From NCBI GenBank assembly GCA_963789265.1, contig CAWBKB010000001.1:384001-448000 (forward strand): DNA of 64,000 nt, in the 5' to 3' direction. A program made the position numbers and the translations under genes. Shown here in pieces: positions 59,460-64,000 of the stretch. A model generated the notes under the pieces. That model did no database searches. It was not told the DNA's origin and saw nothing but the letters and a program-made list of their open reading frames with translations. The first letter of the stretch is position 1; each line of letters opens with the position of its first letter. This stretch comes from an uncultured delta proteobacterium. Lineage in GTDB: Bacteria > Desulfobacterota > Desulfomonilia > Desulfomonilales > Desulfomonilaceae.

Positions 59460-61277
59460 ATGAACATCCTAGGAATTTCCGCATTTTATCACGACAGCGC
59501 GGCGTGCCTCATCAAGGACGGCGTTATTTTCGCGGCGGCACAGGAAGAGCGCTTTTCTCGAGTTAAACACGATCACGCTTTTCCCCACGAGGCGATAAAT
59601 TACTGCCTCGAAGAAGGCGGCCTGACTGCGAAAGATCTTGATTACGTTGCATTTTATGACAAGCCGCTAATTAAATTCGAGAGACTGCTCGAAACGTACA
59701 TATCTTTCGCTCCCAGGGGCTGGGCCTCATTCTTGATGGCCATGCCGTTGTGGCTCAAGCAGAAGCTGCACATTCCCAAACTCATCGGCAAGAGCCTGGG
59801 GTACGAAGGCAAGATCGTTTTTCCCGAGCACCACGAATCTCACGCGGCCAGCGCTTTCTTCCCGTCTCCCTATCAAAGAGCAGCGTTCCTGACCATGGAC
59901 GGGGTAGGCGAATGGGCTACCGCTAGCTTCGGCGTAGGAGAGGGAAATAAGATCCGAATTGATTACGAGATCAAGTTTCCTCATTCACTCGGCCTACTTT
60001 ATTCGGCTTTTACCTATTTTACCGGATTCAAAGTCAATTCCGGCGAATACAAGGTGATGGGACTAGCCCCGTACGGCGAGCCAAAGTATGTAGACGTGAT
60101 CCTTAAGGAGCTGATCGACATCAAGGACGACGGCTCCTTCAAGTTGAACATGGATTACTTCACTTACCCCTACGGCCTCACCATGACAGGCAGGGCTTTT
60201 GAGAAACTCTTCGGAGGCCCGGCTCGAAAGCCGGAGAGCAAGCTCACGCAGAGAGAAATGGATTTGGCCAAGTCTGTCCAGGTTGTCACCGAGGAAGTGA
60301 TGATCCGAACGGCCCGGCATATCCATAAACTTACCGGCGAGAAGCGCCTTTGTCTGGCCGGTGGAGTTGCTTTGAACTGCGTCGGCAACGGGCGCATCCT
60401 TCGAGAGGGACCCTTTGAGGAAGTATGGATCCAGCCTGCCGCAGGAGATGCAGGAGGAGCACTGGGAGCCGCTCTGTTCGTGTGGCATCAGCTTTTGGAT
60501 AAGGAAAGGGTTGTTGATGAGGTACACGATTTGCAAGTGGGCTCGTACCTGGGACCTGCTTATCGAGAAACCGAAATCAGAGCATTCCTCGATTCCAACA
60601 GCTATCCTTACGAGTACCTGGCGGATGGGCTTCTGCCCGCGACCGTCGCGGACCTGATCGCGCAGGGAAAAGTAATAGGGTGGTTCCAGGGACGCATGGA
60701 GTTCGGCCCTCGCGCACTCGGATCAAGGTCCATCATTGGAGATCCACGCAATCCGCAGATGCAGTCTCAGATGAACCTGAAGATCAAATACCGGGAGAGT
60801 TTCAGGCCGTTTGCTCCTTCAGTTCTTGCTGAGGAGGTCGGGCACTATTTCCAGTTGGACAGGCCCTCGCCGTACATGCTCCTCGTAGCATACGTGGATG
60901 AAAAGATCAGGCGCCGGATGACCGATGAGGAGGACCGTCTCTGGGGAATTGACAAGCTAAATGTGGCCCGCTCTGAAATCCCTGCTATCACTCACGTGGA
61001 TTATTCCGCCCGCATCCAGACGGTTCACAAGGAGACTAATCCGCTGTATCATGACACAATCAGCGCTTTCCAAGAAAAGACGGGTTGTCCTGTGGTAGTG
61101 AACACATCGTTCAATGTCCGTGGCGAGCCCATTGTCATGAGCCCGGAGCACGCGTATCTCTGCTTCATGCGAACCGAGATGGATTATCTCGTGTTGGGCC
61201 CCTTTCTGCTGGACAAGAAGAAGCAACCGGCTTTAAAAGACGATAAGGACTGGAGAAAGGAATTCAGTCTCGATTGA
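59460..61277 (+). CDS. Carbamoyltransferase (NodU/CmcH/SxtI family)
   Basis: HDSAA, EERFSR, EHHESHAAS, EFGPRALG, KYRESFRPFAP, NTSFN. Confidence 0.95.
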   Translation: MNILGISAFYHDSAACLIKDGVIFAAAQEERFSRVKHDHAFPHEAINYCLEEGGLTAKDLDYVAFYDKPLIKFERLLETYISFAPRGWASFLMAMPLWLKQKLHIPKLIGKSLGYEGKIVFPEHHESHAASAFFPSPYQRAAFLTMDGVGEWATASFGVGEGNKIRIDYEIKFPHSLGLLYSAFTYFTGFKVNSGEYKVMGLAPYGEPKYVDVILKELIDIKDDGSFKLNMDYFTYPYGLTMTGRAFEKLFGGPARKPESKLTQREMDLAKSVQVVTEEVMIRTARHIHKLTGEKRLCLAGGVALNCVGNGRILREGPFEEVWIQPAAGDAGGALGAALFVWHQLLDKERVVDEVHDLQVGSYLGPAYRETEIRAFLDSNSYPYEYLADGLLPATVADLIAQGKVIGWFQGRMEFGPRALGSRSIIGDPRNPQMQSQMNLKIKYRESFRPFAPSVLAEEVGHYFQLDRPSPYMLLVAYVDEKIRRRMTDEEDRLWGIDKLNVARSEIPAITHVDYSARIQTVHKETNPLYHDTISAFQEKTGCPVVVNTSFNVRGEPIVMSPEHAYLCFMRTEMDYLVLGPFLLDKKKQPALKDDKDWRKEFSLD

Positions 61278-61329
61278 TCCCGGCGGGTCTGCTGCGGCGA
61301 GGCTTAAATGAGAAAGTTGTGTGACCGTG

Positions 61330-61770
61330 ATGAGCGTTATAGAAGACATAAAGAGTGAAATCAGATCGGCACAGAAGGAGCGGTCGAGCCGCGACCTTAC
61401 AATACTGGCGCTACTGTTCCTTTTAATCGGTGTGGGGCTAGGGGGATTGCAGGTCTTCTGGAAAGGCAACTCCACCGGCTGGTTTTGGATAAGCGCCGGC
61501 GTCATCCTGAGCGCCCTCAGGTTGATCACGCCGCTATTCAAGAAAGTTTACCGCTTCTGGCTGGCACTTTCGGTGATTTTGGGCTATTTTGTATCCAGAA
61601 TTCTGTTGACGATCATTTTTTTCGTCGTAATAACCCCTGTCAGCTTGATCTTTAGGATCACAGGCAAAGACCCCATGGAAAGGAAACTGGATCCCCAGGC
61701 AGATTCCTATTGGATGCGAAAAGAACAGGAAACGGATACAAGCGTAGAAAGATACGAGAGGCAATTTTAA
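61330..61770 (+). CDS. SxtJ-family membrane protein
   Basis: W..L..ILG..VSRILL.IIFF.VITP..LI.R..GKDP, SYW, ERQF ending. Confidence 0.88.
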   Translation: MSVIEDIKSEIRSAQKERSSRDLTILALLFLLIGVGLGGLQVFWKGNSTGWFWISAGVILSALRLITPLFKKVYRFWLALSVILGYFVSRILLTIIFFVVITPVSLIFRITGKDPMERKLDPQADSYWMRKEQETDTSVERYERQF

Positions 61771-61807
61771 TTGATGAAATGAAATCGCCTACAGAGGAGG
61801 AACCGGC

Positions 61808-61960
61808 ATGTCGTTGGTGAAAGAATTCTGGGATTTCATGAAAGTTCGCAAGAAGTTTTGGCTTGCCCCTATTTTGATTGTACTGGTCATATTGTCGGCT
61901 TTTGTTATTTTAGCCGCCAGTTCGCCGGTCGCGGCGCCTTTCATCTACACCCTTTTCTAG
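61808..61960 (+). CDS. DUF5989 / SxtK-like 50-aa membrane protein (absent from ORF track)
   Basis: GAGGAGG RBS; MSLVKEFWDFMKVRKKFWLAPILIVLVILSAFVILAASSPVAAPFIYTLF. Confidence 0.9.
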   Translation: MSLVKEFWDFMKVRKKFWLAPILIVLVILSAFVILAASSPVAAPFIYTLF

Positions 61961-62234
61961 GGGCTGAGCAAAAGTGGGACCTGGAGTCGTGCGGGAGTCT
62001 TCTTTCCGGAAGTTTTTCGCCGACTCCCCTTTTTGATCCGCTTGGCAAACCTTCAGGCAATGCCGGTGGTTGATGACCGGTGAATTGTCCCTGCCGCACG
62101 CGGCCACGTCAAGTGGTCTCCTCAAGGTTGGCTCGTGAGACCGGGCTTCGGAATATCCCCCACAATCACTAGTCCGACGTCGCGAGGTGAAGCTGCCAGG
62201 GAGGCCACGTACAACTATATCTCGGGAGGAACGG

Positions 62235-64000
62235 ATGACTGAGTCTAGCCAATCCAAGGATTCGGCGTCCTTGGATGAAAACGTGGAACGCCCTTCAAGT
62301 CAGATGAAAAGAGCTACCGCCGTCGTGGGCCAAAGATCGCGGAGTTGGGTCGGCTCGATTGGGCGTTTCTTCTTCATCTGTCTTTACATTGGCTTTCTGG
62401 CCGCAGTGGTGGTCGGAATCCTTGGGGGACTCGAATATTACGCATATCTGAAGATACGAGTTTCTCCTTTAGGAGATGCGTACAAGAATCGAGATATGGA
62501 CCTGGCGCGCCGGAGTTCACAAGTAGTGGCCCCGGAGTTCGGGTACGAACCTACGCCCGGATTCGCCGCAGTACGGAACACGCGCCTCGGGAATTCGCAC
62601 GAGTACATCAACGATGAGAGTTTCAAGGACTTCGCCGACGTCCCCCTGGATAAGCCCGCCAACGAATATCGTGTATTCGTAACAGGAGGTTCCGTAATAT
62701 ACGGCCGAGGACCTGTGCCGCCCGCGGATGCGGTAACCGACTACTACGAAGTGACGTTCCGGTGGACCATTCCTCACCTCATGCAGGAGATTCTAAATGC
62801 AGATCCAAGGGTGCGCGAGAAGATCAATGGCAAGAAGATCCGTGTCATCAATGCCGGGGTGCCCGGCTATGTGATTCAAAACAGCTTGATGCGGTACCTG
62901 GCCAAGCTGCGTCTGTTTCACCCTGATTTAATAGTAGCGCTTGACGGGGCCAACGAGGTCCATACTGTGGCGCGGCCTCTGAAGGACTGGAATTACTTTA
63001 CTGAGGGGCAATATTATGAAGTAGTGAACGATGTCATGGACATGAGCAGCCGGGGCATAATGAATTACCTCACCCTCTGGTTGAAGAGGAACACTTACTT
63101 TTTCACCTGGTTGGCAATGAAGAAAGGGGAGGGGCCCGGCATATTGATGGAAGACCGCGGATTTGCCGCCTATCCTCAAGATGCTACCCCGGAGATGATA
63201 GCCTATCGCGATCGAAACATAGACCAGGTGGCGGATGTTGAAGCCATATTTCACAAGGTTTTGGAGACCGATCATGTTCCGCATGTGTTGGCTTTGCAGC
63301 CCATGTTCCGTAACTGCAAGAAGAAGCGGACGCCGATGGAAGAGAAGATAGAAAAGGTCACAGGCATGGAGAAGATAGGGTTCTACGACGCTAGACAGAC
63401 CTATGACGTTCTGGTGGACAAGATCAAAAAGCGGGCCCGGGAGGCCGGCTACGACGTGCTGGACCTGACAAAAATTTACGATAACGTGACGTCATGGGTT
63501 TTCACAGACTGGTGTCATCTCACCAATGGGGCCAATTACATCATGGCCAAGAAATTGGCCACGCAGGTGAAGAACCAAGTATTCGGCTTGACCCCGGAGA
63601 AAGACGATCTGCTGGCGACACCCAAGGACACATACTTTCGGGACTATTCAAAGAATGCCAAGGTCCTCGTCAATGATAAGCCCACCGACAGCGGCTTGCG
63701 CATCCTCAAGGGATATCCCGGACCGCAGCTTTTAGTAGAGTCGGCTCACCACAGCTCGGGACTCCCCAAAGTGGTACTCGATCTGGGTGCTGTTGTGCCG
63801 GTTTCCAGGCTAAGGATTGTCTGGGGCGATAAGAAATCCGTCCCCTCGAACTGGAAGGTGGAGCTGTCCACCGATGGCAAGACCTGGGAGCCGTGGCTTG
63901 CTGTGAACAAGACTCATACGGACAATTTCGACCAATGGCCGGGCTTCGAGTACTTGGCCTTTAGGGAGATGCCGGCCCGATATGTAAGGTACATGCCTTC
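62235..64000 (+). CDS. Membrane-anchored SGNH/GDSL hydrolase with C-terminal discoidin (F5/8C)-like domain, 3'-truncated by window edge
   Basis: GGAGG RBS; TM helix; RVFVTGGSVIYG, INAGVPG, DGANE, FTDWCHLT; VLDLG...VELSTDGKTW, ARYVR. Confidence 0.85.
   Translation, partial: MTESSQSKDSASLDENVERPSSQMKRATAVVGQRSRSWVGSIGRFFFICLYIGFLAAVVVGILGGLEYYAYLKIRVSPLGDAYKNRDMDLARRSSQVVAPEFGYEPTPGFAAVRNTRLGNSHEYINDESFKDFADVPLDKPANEYRVFVTGGSVIYGRGPVPPADAVTDYYEVTFRWTIPHLMQEILNADPRVREKINGKKIRVINAGVPGYVIQNSLMRYLAKLRLFHPDLIVALDGANEVHTVARPLKDWNYFTEGQYYEVVNDVMDMSSRGIMNYLTLWLKRNTYFFTWLAMKKGEGPGILMEDRGFAAYPQDATPEMIAYRDRNIDQVADVEAIFHKVLETDHVPHVLALQPMFRNCKKKRTPMEEKIEKVTGMEKIGFYDARQTYDVLVDKIKKRAREAGYDVLDLTKIYDNVTSWVFTDWCHLTNGANYIMAKKLATQVKNQVFGLTPEKDDLLATPKDTYFRDYSKNAKVLVNDKPTDSGLRILKGYPGPQLLVESAHHSSGLPKVVLDLGAVVPVSRLRIVWGDKKSVPSNWKVELSTDGKTWEPWLAVNKTHTDNFDQWPGFEYLAFREMPARYVRYMP

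Noticed and set aside
59460..61960. Saxitoxin biosynthesis
   Set aside because: No sxtA, sxtG or other core genes in the window.

Overview
A 64-kb bacterial chromosomal window. A Desulfobacterota (Desulfomonile-like) anaerobe is inferred from the protein families present, not proven. (1) 1-22 kb: sulfatase island with four Cys-type arylsulfatases, two DUF1254/DUF1214 proteins, a secreted HAD hydrolase, an Npt-type transporter-HEAT-cNMP fusion, MscS, a duplicated secreted six-cysteine protein and several gene relics. (2) 22-36 kb: accessory genes (beta-barrel, phosphotriesterase, flavin oxidoreductase, acyl-CoA ligase/TetR, arsR-C_GCAxxG_C_C-arsM) interspersed with miniature inverted-repeat elements derived from a REP-associated tyrosine transposase (RAYT). 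(3) 36-48 kb: tandem array of decayed integrative elements at tRNA-Glu(CTC), marked by three extra copies of the tRNA 3' end; cargo includes a PAS kinase-hemerythrin pair, zwf, carbonic anhydrase and an MddA-like protein. (4) 48-64 kb: Mo-oxidoreductase, VTT-flavoprotein fusion, ADP-forming CoA ligase, two convergent TA modules, purL and a carbamoyltransferase/SxtJ/SxtK-like/SGNH cassette. Several genes carry single +1 frameshifts that may be assembly errors. Best novelty candidates: RAYT-derived miniature elements bracketing cargo genes, the integrase-less att array, and the paired CX3CX3CX5CX3CX3C secreted proteins. All family calls come from motif recognition by eye; no database searches were run.
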